DNA from: a virus
Lineage: Duplodnaviria > Caudoviricetes
Direction: 5' to 3' (one strand)
DNA length: 64,000 bases
IMG/VR virus record: IMGVR_UViG_3300022555_000030
Span: 1-64,000 of that record
Shown one piece after another: positions 31,433 to 41,831 of the stretch (positions are counted from its first letter, which is position 1; each line of letters opens with the position of its first letter). The notes below the pieces were generated by a model that made no database searches, had not been told where the DNA came from, and was given only the letters and a program-made list of their open reading frames with translations. The translations under genes and the position numbers were made by a program.

Positions 31433-31783
31433 ATGGCCAGAGATTATATGAATATTGGTTCAACCCCTGCTGGAGAGGAATGTGTCCAAGTCGGTACTTC
31501 CGATTATTATTCCAAGTCCATGAAAGAAGGTAAAGCATTCATAAATCAATTAACTAGAATGTTTGGTGATCCATCAGAATATAATTGTTCATTCCGGGTT
31601 AAAGCATTCCCCCATGATTTCGGTACATATCATGAAGTTGTTGTCTCATATAATGACGAAAATGAAGACGCTTGCCAATTTGCATATAAGGTTGAAGCCG
31701 AAGCTCCTGAGTATTGGGATAATGAGGCAAAACTTGAATTACGAATACTAGAAGTAGCATTCCCAACAAAGGAAAGTAAATAA
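31433..31783 (+). CDS. Conserved-looking phage hypothetical protein
   Basis: AGGAGG RBS; IGSTPAGEECVQVG...FPHDFGTYHEVVV motifs. Confidence 0.6.
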   Translation: MARDYMNIGSTPAGEECVQVGTSDYYSKSMKEGKAFINQLTRMFGDPSEYNCSFRVKAFPHDFGTYHEVVVSYNDENEDACQFAYKVEAEAPEYWDNEAKLELRILEVAFPTKESK

Positions 31784-31863
31784 ACTTTTGCTATTTATGA
31801 ATCATATATTATAATAATAATGAGCTTGGAGTGATACACCAGGCTTCATAGTTACTCCTTTTT

Positions 31864-31906
31864 GGGAGGGTAGAGGAATGATATACCTTTGCCCTCTCAT
31901 ATTTTT
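31864..31906 (+). terminator. 13-bp hairpin with G-U pairs followed by a T-rich tail
   Basis: GGGAGGGTAGAGG / CCTTTGCCCTCTC then ATATTTTT. Confidence 0.55.
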
Positions 31907-32121
31907 ATGGGGGATATTAATTAATTAGGTACGGGATCTTAGACTACCTTCATATTTCCAGGGCTAGACTACCTGGCATTTCATATACGCGATATATCTA
32001 TAAAATTATTTAAGCCGGCATTAACTTGATAATATTTTTGCTTTTTATTATTATATTATATAATATTAATATAATAAATTAATAAATATTAATTATATAT
32101 TACTATATTAATAAATAAATT

Positions 32122-32272
32122 AATAATTTAATAAATTTTTGCTTTTTATTAATCTATTATATAATATATATATAAAGTGATTAATAAATAAATAAATAAT
32201 TTAATAAATTTTTGCTTTTTATTAATCTATTATATAATATATATATAAAGTGATTAATAAATAAATAAATAA
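32122..32272 (+). repeat. 73-bp-period tandem duplication of a promoter
   Basis: 32122-32199 matches 32195-32272; each copy has TTGCTT-N15-TATAAT. Confidence 0.85.
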
Positions 32273-32292
32273 AAGATGAGAGGAGAAAAGAT

Positions 32293-32592
32293 ATGACATT
32301 AGAGGAAAAAATTAATTATTATGCAGAACTCACTGCAAAAGCAAAACAATTCGAAGATATGAAAACTGCACTCAGCAAAGAACTTATTGCAACTATCAAA
32401 GGGATGGGATTGACTGAAAAAGAAACTGAAATATACATGGCGAAAGTATATCCAGTATCAAGAGATTATGTAGATGCTAATAAAGCTCGCGAATTATTAC
32501 CAGCTCCTTTGCTCTCTCAAATGATGAAAACAACTACATATGATTGTCTTAGAACTACTCGCAAGAACCTTGTTCCTTCCTTCGGTGACTAA
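32293..32592 (+). CDS. Hypothetical early protein
   Basis: Strong GAGGAG RBS after three tandem promoters; GAGGGGG/CCCCCTC hairpin follows. Confidence 0.65.
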   Translation: MTLEEKINYYAELTAKAKQFEDMKTALSKELIATIKGMGLTEKETEIYMAKVYPVSRDYVDANKARELLPAPLLSQMMKTTTYDCLRTTRKNLVPSFGD

Positions 32593-32642
32593 ATAATAAT
32601 AAAATGAGGGGGTGAAATTCCCCCTCAAGGAGTTATCAATAA

Positions 32643-32942
32643 ATGGATAATGTAACCAGGAATAGTCTTCAGAATATTATGAATGGTCTTACAGCCGAAG
32701 ATGTTAAAGAGGTTAATGAAATGCTCCGGGAAGTTATTAGTCGAAGTAATTACATTGCTAAAGGTAACTTCTGCATTGGTGATACAGTAGAATTTACTTC
32801 CCCTCGTACCGGTTATAATATAACTGGCACAATTATGAAGAAGAATACAAAGACTGTCCAAGTCAGAGTTATAGATGCTGGAATGTGTGATAGTCAATTA
32901 TGGAGAGTCCCACCAACTATGTTAAGAAAGGTGACAAAATGA
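32643..32942 (+). CDS. Small protein with SH3/KOW-like C-terminus
   Basis: FCIGDTVEF...TGTIMKKNTKTVQV...WRVPPTML. Confidence 0.5.
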   Translation: MDNVTRNSLQNIMNGLTAEDVKEVNEMLREVISRSNYIAKGNFCIGDTVEFTSPRTGYNITGTIMKKNTKTVQVRVIDAGMCDSQLWRVPPTMLRKVTK

Positions 32943-33462
32943 GTTTATTCCCTCAAAGCGGGTTTAAACATTCTAAAGAAGAGACTGAATCATGGAATAG
33001 ATATTGGGAAGTAACTAATGTTAAAGAAAAAGAATTTGAAATAGGCGAAGAAAAAATTTGTAACGATTGTATGCGTAGTCACGATGATTGCCCAGATTGC
33101 TGTGATGGAGATAAATATTGTAGTCCTGATTCTTATGAAAGAGATATGGATAAATAAGGAGAATAAATATGGAAGAGAAAAGAAAATTAAAGAAACCTTT
33201 ATGGATTAGAAAAGCAGTAATAGAACAGAACCCTTTAATGACTCCGCCATTATTTTATTCCAGGAAGTATACTCTAGATAATATGGATAAGACATTATTA
33301 ACTACTAGATATTCTTCCCCGGAAGATCTATTCCATTCAATGAATATGAATTAATAATCAATAAAAGAAAGAGGGGGGTATTAATGAATTAATAATTCTT
33401 TAGTATCCCCTTTTTTTATCTCATAATTGATAAATAGGATACTTATATATTATGAGCCGGTA

Positions 33463-33574
33463 GACTACCTATATATTATTGGCATATGGACTACCTACAA
33501 ATTATTAAGTGATAGACTACTTCATATTTCTTTAGCGCTGACTACCCGCATATTATTTCTAGCTCTGACTACCT
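33463..33574. repeat. Five GACTAC(C/T) repeats at 25-27 bp spacing
   Basis: Starts at 33463, 33489, 33515, 33540 and 33567; more copies at 29502, 31942, 31967, 38779 and 38865. Confidence 0.8.
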
Positions 33575-33914
33575 ATACTTCATATATGCGATTTGCTCAT
33601 AAAATTATTAAACCCAGGAATTATTAGATATTATTAAGCATTTATAAAGTTTTTGCTTTTTATTATTTAATTATATAATATATATATAAGATAGTAAATT
33701 AATAAGTTATATGAATATTTTAAATAATTTTTGCTTTTTATTAAAACATTTTATAATATTTATATAACAATTAGTTAAAGTACATTAATAAATAAATAAA
33801 GATTATAAAGACTTCAAGTAATTTTTGCTTTTTATTAATACAATATATAATATAAATATAAAGAATTAATTAAGAGCACAGTAAAGTATAAACGAAAAGT
33901 GGAGGGTATATAAA

Positions 33915-35033
33915 GTGACTATGATGTTAGGGGCAGATCCAGAATTTGAAGTTCAAACAAAAGGTGGTATATTCAAGAATGCTAGTGGTTTCTTCTCCAC
34001 TGATACTTCTGAGAAACTTGGCTGCGATGGGTGCAGTAACACAGGAGAACTCCGCCCAGCTCCAGGTGATGGCAAATTTGTTACTAATGAAATCAAAGGA
34101 CTATTAACTCGTGCTTTCCAACGTATTGGTGCTAACAATAGATTAATCGGTGGTTGTGGTGTTACTGTCTCCCTCGGTGGGCATATTCATCTTTCTGATG
34201 TAGCTCGTGACTCTACTATCCTGGCAATGCTTGATAAGTTTATTGCTATTCCTCTTAGACAAGTGTCTAATACTCGTATCCGCGATAATCATGGTTATGG
34301 TAGGCTTAGTGAATACAGAAGTCAACCCTGGGGATGGGAATATCGTGCTCCATGTTCTTGGATTATCCATCCTGCCATTGTTAAAGGGGTATTATTAACT
34401 GCTGAGTACATTGCAAAAGCCAAGACGGCTAACAGGACATTATTAGAATTTGATGATCTCTATAATTTTGTTGCTGAGACATCTCAAGAAGATATGCTCA
34501 CTGTTAAACGTTTCCAGCACATTGTCTATTCCTTAATACAGAATAACCGTAAAATTGAATCAATGGAAGTCTTTAATGGTTGGGGCTTTATGGACAATGT
34601 AGCAACCACGGTAATTCAAAGCAAGATATTCAGATTTGAATTCTCAAGTGATTACTTAATGGATCAAATTAATAGAGAGTTAGATTATACACGGATTAAT
34701 CTGTCCCATATTCTCCCTGTTGAAACAATCCGAATATGCGGTGCGTCTGATATTCGTGCTAACTTTGAACCGGCATTCTTTGTGCCTGTACGACTTCGCC
34801 CAGTGTTTCCTCTTTATGTGCAACATACAAAAGTATTGACTTGGGACTTGGATACTATTGGTATCACTCGAAAGTTAAGAGAAGTATATTCACCCGTAAA
34901 GATTGCTTCTATGCTCAATGAACTTCGACGTTATGCAAAAAGGAATTATTTTAAACTCAGTGAGAATAATACCTGCACAATTGATAGAGAAGCAATAACA
35001 ACTAAAAGAATAATTGAAGGAGTAACTGTATAA
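33915..35033 (+). CDS. phiEco32-like COOH-NH2 ligase (amidoligase type 2)
   Basis: LGADPEF, GCDG...ELRPAP, GGHIHL and YR.QPWGWEYR motifs; GTG start after GGAGG. Confidence 0.8.
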   Translation: MTMMLGADPEFEVQTKGGIFKNASGFFSTDTSEKLGCDGCSNTGELRPAPGDGKFVTNEIKGLLTRAFQRIGANNRLIGGCGVTVSLGGHIHLSDVARDSTILAMLDKFIAIPLRQVSNTRIRDNHGYGRLSEYRSQPWGWEYRAPCSWIIHPAIVKGVLLTAEYIAKAKTANRTLLEFDDLYNFVAETSQEDMLTVKRFQHIVYSLIQNNRKIESMEVFNGWGFMDNVATTVIQSKIFRFEFSSDYLMDQINRELDYTRINLSHILPVETIRICGASDIRANFEPAFFVPVRLRPVFPLYVQHTKVLTWDLDTIGITRKLREVYSPVKIASMLNELRRYAKRNYFKLSENNTCTIDREAITTKRIIEGVTV

Positions 35034-35809
35034 TGTGTGGAATCTCTGGGTACATCTCAAATAAGAATAATCCCCTGGGATGGGATAAAATCCAGAAGTT
35101 ATGGCTTAGTATTGAAAACCGTGGCAAAGATGCAAGCGGTGTTGCATGGAGTAATGGTGACTATTATATTAATATCTTAAAGGGGAATATGAGTATATCT
35201 GAATTCATAAAATCTCCTGAAGTATTAGCTCATAGAGAGTCTATAGAGAACTCAAAAATGGTTATGCTTCACACTCGCGCCGCAACGCATGGATCCCCTA
35301 CAGACAATAATAATAATCATCCTATATTCAATGGTCGTGGCGTCTTAATTCATAATGGTATTGTAAAGACTAAAAAACAATACAAAGGGAAAGGAATTTG
35401 TGACTCTGAACAATTAATGCTTGCTATACAGAATGAAGGTTGGGAGAAGTCAATTGTAGGTACATCCGGTATGATGGCTATTGCATACTTTGATACTTTA
35501 AATAAAAGTTTGTATTTATACCGGGATACATCTCCGATGTTCTATACTGATGATAAAGAATTAATTGTGTATAACTCATATTTTTATCCTTTGAAGTCGA
35601 ATATATCTGACAATGTAATAGAAAAGAAACCATATTCAATCCTTCGAATTAAAGAGGATACTCTTGAAAAGAAAGTTATCATGACATTCGTCGCTCCCAA
35701 GACTCAGTCATTCATTCCAAAGCATAATAAGACTTATGCTCCTGCTTATGGTGCTGCGCATGATTGGAAACAAACTTATGGATATGGTATGTACGATGGT
35801 TGCTATTAG
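35033..35809 (+). CDS. Class II (Ntn) glutamine amidotransferase
   Basis: MCGISG N-terminus, RGKDASG, HTRAAT, NNHP, HNGIV, CDSE. Confidence 0.9.
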   Translation: MCGISGYISNKNNPLGWDKIQKLWLSIENRGKDASGVAWSNGDYYINILKGNMSISEFIKSPEVLAHRESIENSKMVMLHTRAATHGSPTDNNNNHPIFNGRGVLIHNGIVKTKKQYKGKGICDSEQLMLAIQNEGWEKSIVGTSGMMAIAYFDTLNKSLYLYRDTSPMFYTDDKELIVYNSYFYPLKSNISDNVIEKKPYSILRIKEDTLEKKVIMTFVAPKTQSFIPKHNKTYAPAYGAAHDWKQTYGYGMYDGCY

Positions 35810-37149
35810 TTTTTGCTATTTATAAATTAATAGTATAATAATAATATAAAGAATAGATAAGTGAGGATAATATGTATAGCGAGATATTCGAGAAGTATGA
35901 TGGAACCGGCAAGCAATTAGATAATGCAAAATATTTCCAAGGTGAATGCTCTACATCTTATGACTTAACTGGAGATGATATACTCTCCTTCAGATTAGGA
36001 TACACTGACGAAGATGTAGCAGCATCCCCTGGGTATCCTTGGATAATCATGAAATTAAAGAGTGGTAAAATAATAACATTTGTAATTAATGATATAGTAC
36101 AGGAGAAAAGTAATGTTGAATAATAATGATGACTTTAGACATCCATTCCCTGGAGAATCATGGGTAAGTCTGCAAGATATAAGGAAAGAGATATACCGCA
36201 TTGAAGGTATAGTCGATGGATTATATGATAAGATTGCAAAAGATGATAAGCTAGATGAGAGAGTTATCAAGAAGATGGAGGAAGACCTTCAATTTAATGA
36301 AGGGAAGATAGCCGGCCTTAAATTTGCACTAGGCATTGGGGATAAGTATGACTCATATAATATTAATGATGATACCACAGCAATCACTAAAACAAATTAT
36401 ATAGCTGATGCCAATGGTTATATCTCCACAAAAGAATTAGTCTCCCCTGGATCCAGTGCAGGGTACCTCATAAAAACAAATAATAAATTGCCTGAAATTT
36501 CTTACAACGTAATTAAGTATAAATAAATAATTAATAAATAATAAGGGGATTAATAAAATGCCTATAAATGATGCAACAGTAGTATGGGATAGCAATAGAC
36601 TGCATATGCGTGGCAGGAAGGCTTCTAGGAGCCTACAGATAGTAAAGGACATGGCAGTAGGGGAAATAATAAGTCTATGCCATGATGATGTACAATGTAC
36701 AGTAGGAATACCTAATACGAAACCCGCTTGCAGCTTAGGTATGGGAATATATTACTTGAATAAGAAGGGTGGTGGCAATATATTATATGAGTATTATCAT
36801 ACTAATAATAAAATTGCTGTAGTGAAAAGAATAAAATAATTTCTTTTGCTTTTTACCCCTTAATAATATAATAATAATATAGTAAATAAATAATTGATAA
36901 ATAAATAGTAAGGAGACGTGGAAATGAAGTGCCCTCATTGTAAGAAAGAATTAAAAGAAGTTGTTTGGGAAACAAGTGGTGGTGTGACAGAAGAATACTT
37001 TAAGATTGATAAAAAGAATAAGAAATTAATATATGAAGATACAGAAACTGGAGATGCTAATGATTCAAATTTTGTATGTCCTCTTTGCTGGGAAAGATTA
37101 CCTTATGATTTATTAGATGATTATGGTATAGGGGGGATAGGCAATAAAG

Positions 37150-37530
37150 ATGTTATATAAAGATAAGAATAAGGAGATTAAAGTCAATGTAGTAGCAAAG
37201 ACTAATGATGGGTGGTTAATCATTGAACGTTGTGACAGTGAGTTATTCTCAAATAATGTAGAAAGGAAAATAGTTATTCCTGAGGAGGTATACGAAGAAA
37301 AGAAATCATCAAATGATATTGTTCATATTAATCCTAACTCAAAAAGCTTTTATGTAGAAACAAATAATAATCCAGCAATTCTTAAGAAAGCTATTATGGC
37401 TACTCTTCCGTGGTTAATAATCTTTGGGATCTTATCATTAACAACTTTACCTACTAGTCTCATAGTATGGCCATTTATTTATCTATTAATATTATGGAGG
37501 GCGTTGAGTAAGAGAGGATACTTTAAATAG
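37150..37530 (+). CDS. Membrane protein with two C-terminal TM helices
   Basis: Hydrophobic C-terminus. Confidence 0.5.
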   Translation: MLYKDKNKEIKVNVVAKTNDGWLIIERCDSELFSNNVERKIVIPEEVYEEKKSSNDIVHINPNSKSFYVETNNNPAILKKAIMATLPWLIIFGILSLTTLPTSLIVWPFIYLLILWRALSKRGYFK

Positions 37531-37632
37531 AATAATATTTTTGCTGTTTATTCATTGGTAATATAATAATAATATAATAATTAAGTAATTAATAAGCAAT
37601 AAATAAATAAATAAGGAGTTACAAACAAACAA

Positions 37633-37953
37633 ATGAAGAAAGCAGATTTGAAGAAAGGGGCAGAAGTAATGATTGTCTTTGGCAAGTATAAAGGATCCAC
37701 CGGTGTTATTTCTCGAGCTCTTGATAAAGGTACATCTTCTGCCAGGGCCAAGGTTAAGATGAGCAATGGCAGTGTTATGACTCTTGCGTCTGGTTATATG
37801 CAACCTCTAAGTAACTTCACAGGTGTTCATACAGGAGCATGTAATAATGCAGCAGCTATTAATGATACAGCTGCTAATGATATAAACGCATTCATTAATA
37901 GTCTTGTAAAATGTATGGCGAATGCAGAGGAATTTAAAAGAAAATATATGTAA
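37633..37953 (+). CDS. KOW/SH3-like small protein
   Basis: KKGAEVMIVFGKYKGSTGVI KOW-like motif; own promoter at 37541. Confidence 0.5.
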   Translation: MKKADLKKGAEVMIVFGKYKGSTGVISRALDKGTSSARAKVKMSNGSVMTLASGYMQPLSNFTGVHTGACNNAAAINDTAANDINAFINSLVKCMANAEEFKRKYM

Positions 37954-37977
37954 TTAATTTATTACATATAAATAGTA

Positions 37978-38101
37978 TATAAAGGATTAGCGGTACATCC
38001 TTTATAGATAATTTGCTAGAGGTGTGCAGGGTATCAACAAAAGGAGTGCCCATCTATTAATAATAGACAAAAGCCTTAAAAATTTCAGTCCTCTAGCAAA
38101 T
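37978..38101 (+). ncRNA. Putative structured RNA or DNA element
   Basis: 10-bp hairpin at 37978-38006; 12-bp stem ATTTGCTAGAGG/CCTCTAGCAAAT enclosing two small hairpins. Confidence 0.35.
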
Positions 38102-38921
38102 AACTAATAAATATTATGAGGTACAAAACATATGGCTGACTGCAATAAAAGAAAAAGAAGAAGGACAGGTAATATGAAGTATATAAAGGAGGGATATACA
38201 TTAATATTAGTCGGTCCGAAGAGTATTTTATATACTATTGATCTTCATGGTATTTCATCTGATAGTATAGATAACACTGATATGAAATTAGACACGATTA
38301 ATGATATAATCGAGAATATTCCCAATGAAGCCTGGGAAGGATAATTAATAAGTAATAAATAATTAATAATAGGAGGATAAAGAGTAGGTAACCTTATAAT
38401 AGTAAATGAATAAATAATTAATGTAGAGAAATAATGTGGGGGAGAAAGAATATCTATAGATTAATAGAATATCTTTCCCCCCTTATTATATATATATGTG
38501 TGTATTGCTAGGCTCAAAAGATATATAATAATAAATACATTAAATCATTTTTTGATAAGCACATCACTTTCTTCTTCTTCGCCTTAGTTTTATTGTATCA
38601 TGTTTTTTTCAAAAGTAAATACCATGTATTTTGGATAATTTTTAATAATCAGAATTTTGTCCAACTATTAATAATATGAGTTAATTATATTATTTTTGTT
38701 CTAGAAATTTATTATTTATCAATTTTTTTTGTTGATTATTTATTAATAGATTATTTATTAATAGATTATTTATTAATAGACTACCTACATATTTATGCAT
38801 GAATAATTTATATATTTTTTTAAGTGGCATATTCATTTAGTTATTAATTTATTATTTATTAGTTGACTACCTCAATATTCATAGATGAATAATTTATATA
38901 TTTTTCATAGGGGCATTATTC

Positions 38922-39560
38922 TCATAAAAATGATGTCTCTTCTTCTTTCTCCCCTTCCTTCTCTTCTTCCTCTATCTTCATTCTATACTTATTAGTATCA
39001 TGTTCTGCTATCTCTTCTAAGGTCATTCCTCTCTTTGCTTCCCACCTTTCTTTCTGATATTCAAATGAACTACTTATTAATAATTTATTCCCCGTAGCTG
39101 TCTTCCTTAATTCATTTCTTGAGAGTTCCAAGATCTTTAATAAGTATGCTGTATCCTTATTCCTTTTATCTCCCTCCCCTTCCTCGGGGAGATATTTATA
39201 CTCACATTCTGATTTACGGATACATTGCCAGGGATTACTTCCCATTAATACATCATTATATATTATGAATTTACAGAACATATTATGCATCAAGCATCTA
39301 TCAGGATTAAACCCTTGAATGATGTCTGGCTCAGTTTGTCCCTTTATATATTCTTCTTCTATTGCTATATCTTCTTCTTTATCTTCTACTACTATATCCT
39401 TTTCTTTATCTTTTACTATTATTGTATCTTCACAGGTTCCTGGCAATATGGGCATTTGAATATTTGTGATGCTTTGTCTTTCGTTGGTATCATCTCCGAT
39501 ATATGGATCCTCTCTTTGCATTTCTTGCATATTATATATACTCCCATTTTCCTCTCCCAT
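38922..39560 (-). CDS. Hypothetical protein with Cys motifs
   Basis: ORF with RBS; CxxC motifs; acidic tail. Confidence 0.5.
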   Translation of the reverse strand: MGEENGSIYNMQEMQREDPYIGDDTNERQSITNIQMPILPGTCEDTIIVKDKEKDIVVEDKEEDIAIEEEYIKGQTEPDIIQGFNPDRCLMHNMFCKFIIYNDVLMGSNPWQCIRKSECEYKYLPEEGEGDKRNKDTAYLLKILELSRNELRKTATGNKLLISSSFEYQKERWEAKRGMTLEEIAEHDTNKYRMKIEEEEKEGEKEEETSFL

Positions 39561-39836
39561 TATATACTCCCATTATTTATCCATTATTAATTATTTATCA
39601 ATTATTAATTATTTATCCATTATTAATTATTTATTTATTATTTATATAATATTTATATATTCGCTTTTCCCCGGGGGTGATACTTTTTATTTATCAATGT
39701 ATGATGCCCCGATATCAATTTATCAATAAGTTGTTTTTGACCGGGGAACATATTATTTATCAATTATTAATCATTTATCAATTATTAATCATTTACTTAT
39801 CAATTACTTATCCATCATTTATTACTTACTAATCAT

Positions 39837-40928
39837 TTATTTATTACTAGGTAACTTACTAAATCGATCCTTTACATGATTTAATGCTTCCGCATAATCT
39901 TTATATTTACCTACGACTTTACCATTCTCTTTTACATATGCTCCTTTTAATCCTTCATTAATATCTATAAAGAATTTCTTATCCTTTGTTGAATATCTTG
40001 TAATAGGTGAATACCCAGTATCATCTAATTCACTAACTGTTACTCCATGCTCTTGCATCCATGCATTTGGGCCTTGTTCAAGTTCTTGATTTTGCATTCC
40101 TTCAGCTTCATTTTGATCTGTCATACCAGCAGGATCTCCTGCATGAACAGCATTCATATCCTCTTCTTCTTCTCTTTCAAATGTTACATTAGCTTTCTTT
40201 CTGCTTTGAGGAGAATCATATGTTGGTACATATTTCTCCCCTTTTGATTTCGCTTCTGCTCTTCCTATGTTCCCTGGAGTATTCATATTTAATGGTTTCC
40301 AATAAAATTGCTTTCCATTAGGAGATGTTTCAATTGCTGCTCCTTTTGGTGCAGGAACTCTAGCCGTTACATATTTTCTTTCAAAGCCAGGACGATCTTG
40401 GAATAGTTTAGGACGACCCTTTAATAAATTATCACTATTATTATCACTTGATTGATTATTTATTGATTGATAAATAAATGGTGAAGAATCCCCTAAATCG
40501 TAGAGTTTTTGAAATTCTTGGAGAGGGATTTCCATTTGGGTATCTTTACTTAATACAAAGTATCCTTCCTCAGATACATGACCAGTAAATATGAAATTAG
40601 TATCTTTTGGCATCTCCATTGCTTTACGAATAATCTGTAATTTTAAATCATTATCAGATACACCTTTTATCTGTATATTATTCCCCTCTTTCTTTATATA
40701 AGCATTTTCTTCTATATCTTTATCTTCTATATTATTATTTATATGAATATCTTCTATATCTTTCTTCATATAAGCTGATGCATCATTCATTCTATTATTT
40801 ATTTCTTTAGTATTGTCTGTATTAATACCTTGTTTATTACTCTTAATTTCTGAAGAATCTTTATTATTTATAAAGTCTTTATATTTATTAAGTGCTTTAT
40901 ATTTAGTATCTTCTGGTTCTTGTAACAT
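39837..40928 (-). CDS. Acidic low-complexity probable internal head protein
   Basis: IRKA and LLKG motifs; APKGAAIETSPNGKQFYW segment. Confidence 0.45.
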   Translation of the reverse strand: MLQEPEDTKYKALNKYKDFINNKDSSEIKSNKQGINTDNTKEINNRMNDASAYMKKDIEDIHINNNIEDKDIEENAYIKKEGNNIQIKGVSDNDLKLQIIRKAMEMPKDTNFIFTGHVSEEGYFVLSKDTQMEIPLQEFQKLYDLGDSSPFIYQSINNQSSDNNSDNLLKGRPKLFQDRPGFERKYVTARVPAPKGAAIETSPNGKQFYWKPLNMNTPGNIGRAEAKSKGEKYVPTYDSPQSRKKANVTFEREEEEDMNAVHAGDPAGMTDQNEAEGMQNQELEQGPNAWMQEHGVTVSELDDTGYSPITRYSTKDKKFFIDINEGLKGAYVKENGKVVGKYKDYAEALNHVKDRFSKLPSNK

Positions 40929-41215
40929 ATTAATTATCCCCCATTATTTTTATTATGAACCCACCAATTATATAAATATTATATTTATGTAATAATCATC
41001 AATGTCTTATACTTTTCTTCTTCATTACAATTCTTCATAAATTCTTTTAATGCATTATGAGCTATTTCACTATTTTCTTTATTATTCCGGTCAAATTTTA
41101 AGTTTAATCGTTTATTGCTAGGAGATATTACTTCCATTTCTATTATATCTTTTACAATACAAGATGAACTAGAAATTTTATAATCCATTCCTTTATCTCC
41201 TTATATATACTTATA

Positions 41216-41812
41216 TTATACTATTTTATCAGCAATACCATAATCTATAGCTTCTTCCGCCCCCATCCAATATTCCTTATTTATATCTTTTAATATTTGC
41301 TTACTACTTTTAGTTGCACCACATTCTATTAAATTATCAATTAATAATGATTTATTTTTATTAATTTCTTTAGATTGCAATGCAATATCATCTGAATCAC
41401 CCTCAGCATTGCCTGACGGCAAATGTAACATTATTCTAGTATTCTTATATACATATCTATGTCCTTTTGTACCTGCAGCTAATATGAGCACTGCCATAGA
41501 TTGGCAACTTCTACCATATGTATGTATCTCTGAACCAATTTTCGATACTTCTCTCATAGTATCAAATAATGTGAAACCACTAGATACATAACCGCCAGGG
41601 GAATCAATATATAATTTTATAGGTGCATGTTCTTGAGCATCAAGTGCAAGAATCATATCTTGAGTATACATAGAACTATATGCATCTGAACGAAGCATTA
41701 CAGGTGCAATTATTCCATAAAGAAATAATGATCTATTCTTTCTGAGTAATAGTTCATGAGGTCCCATTAATTCATTCTTTTTAATATTATCAGGCCTTTG
41801 AAAATATTCCAT
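41216..41812 (-). CDS. clpP: ClpP-like protease subunit
   Basis: IKLYIDSPGG, CQSMAVLILAAGTKGHR, IMLHLP, AEEAIDYGIADKIV. Confidence 0.9.
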   Translation of the reverse strand: MEYFQRPDNIKKNELMGPHELLLRKNRSLFLYGIIAPVMLRSDAYSSMYTQDMILALDAQEHAPIKLYIDSPGGYVSSGFTLFDTMREVSKIGSEIHTYGRSCQSMAVLILAAGTKGHRYVYKNTRIMLHLPSGNAEGDSDDIALQSKEINKNKSLLIDNLIECGATKSSKQILKDINKEYWMGAEEAIDYGIADKIV

Positions 41813-41831
41813 AATTCTTTTCTCCTTTCTA

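Noticed and set aside
33463-33574. CRISPR mini-array
   Set aside because: The repeat core is only about 8 bp with roughly 18-nt AT-rich gaps. The Cas4-like gene at 55178 sits in a recombination operon with no other cas genes.
38011-38101. c-di-GMP-I riboswitch or tRNA
   Set aside because: Only fragments (GCAGGG, CAAAAGCC) resemble the riboswitch; the GGCAAA/GAAA architecture is missing, and there is no tRNA cloverleaf or T-loop.
39577-39820. DnaA boxes
   Set aside because: TTATCCATT and TTATCAATT have 2-3 mismatches to TTATCCACA in a very AT-rich context; kept only as generic repeats.
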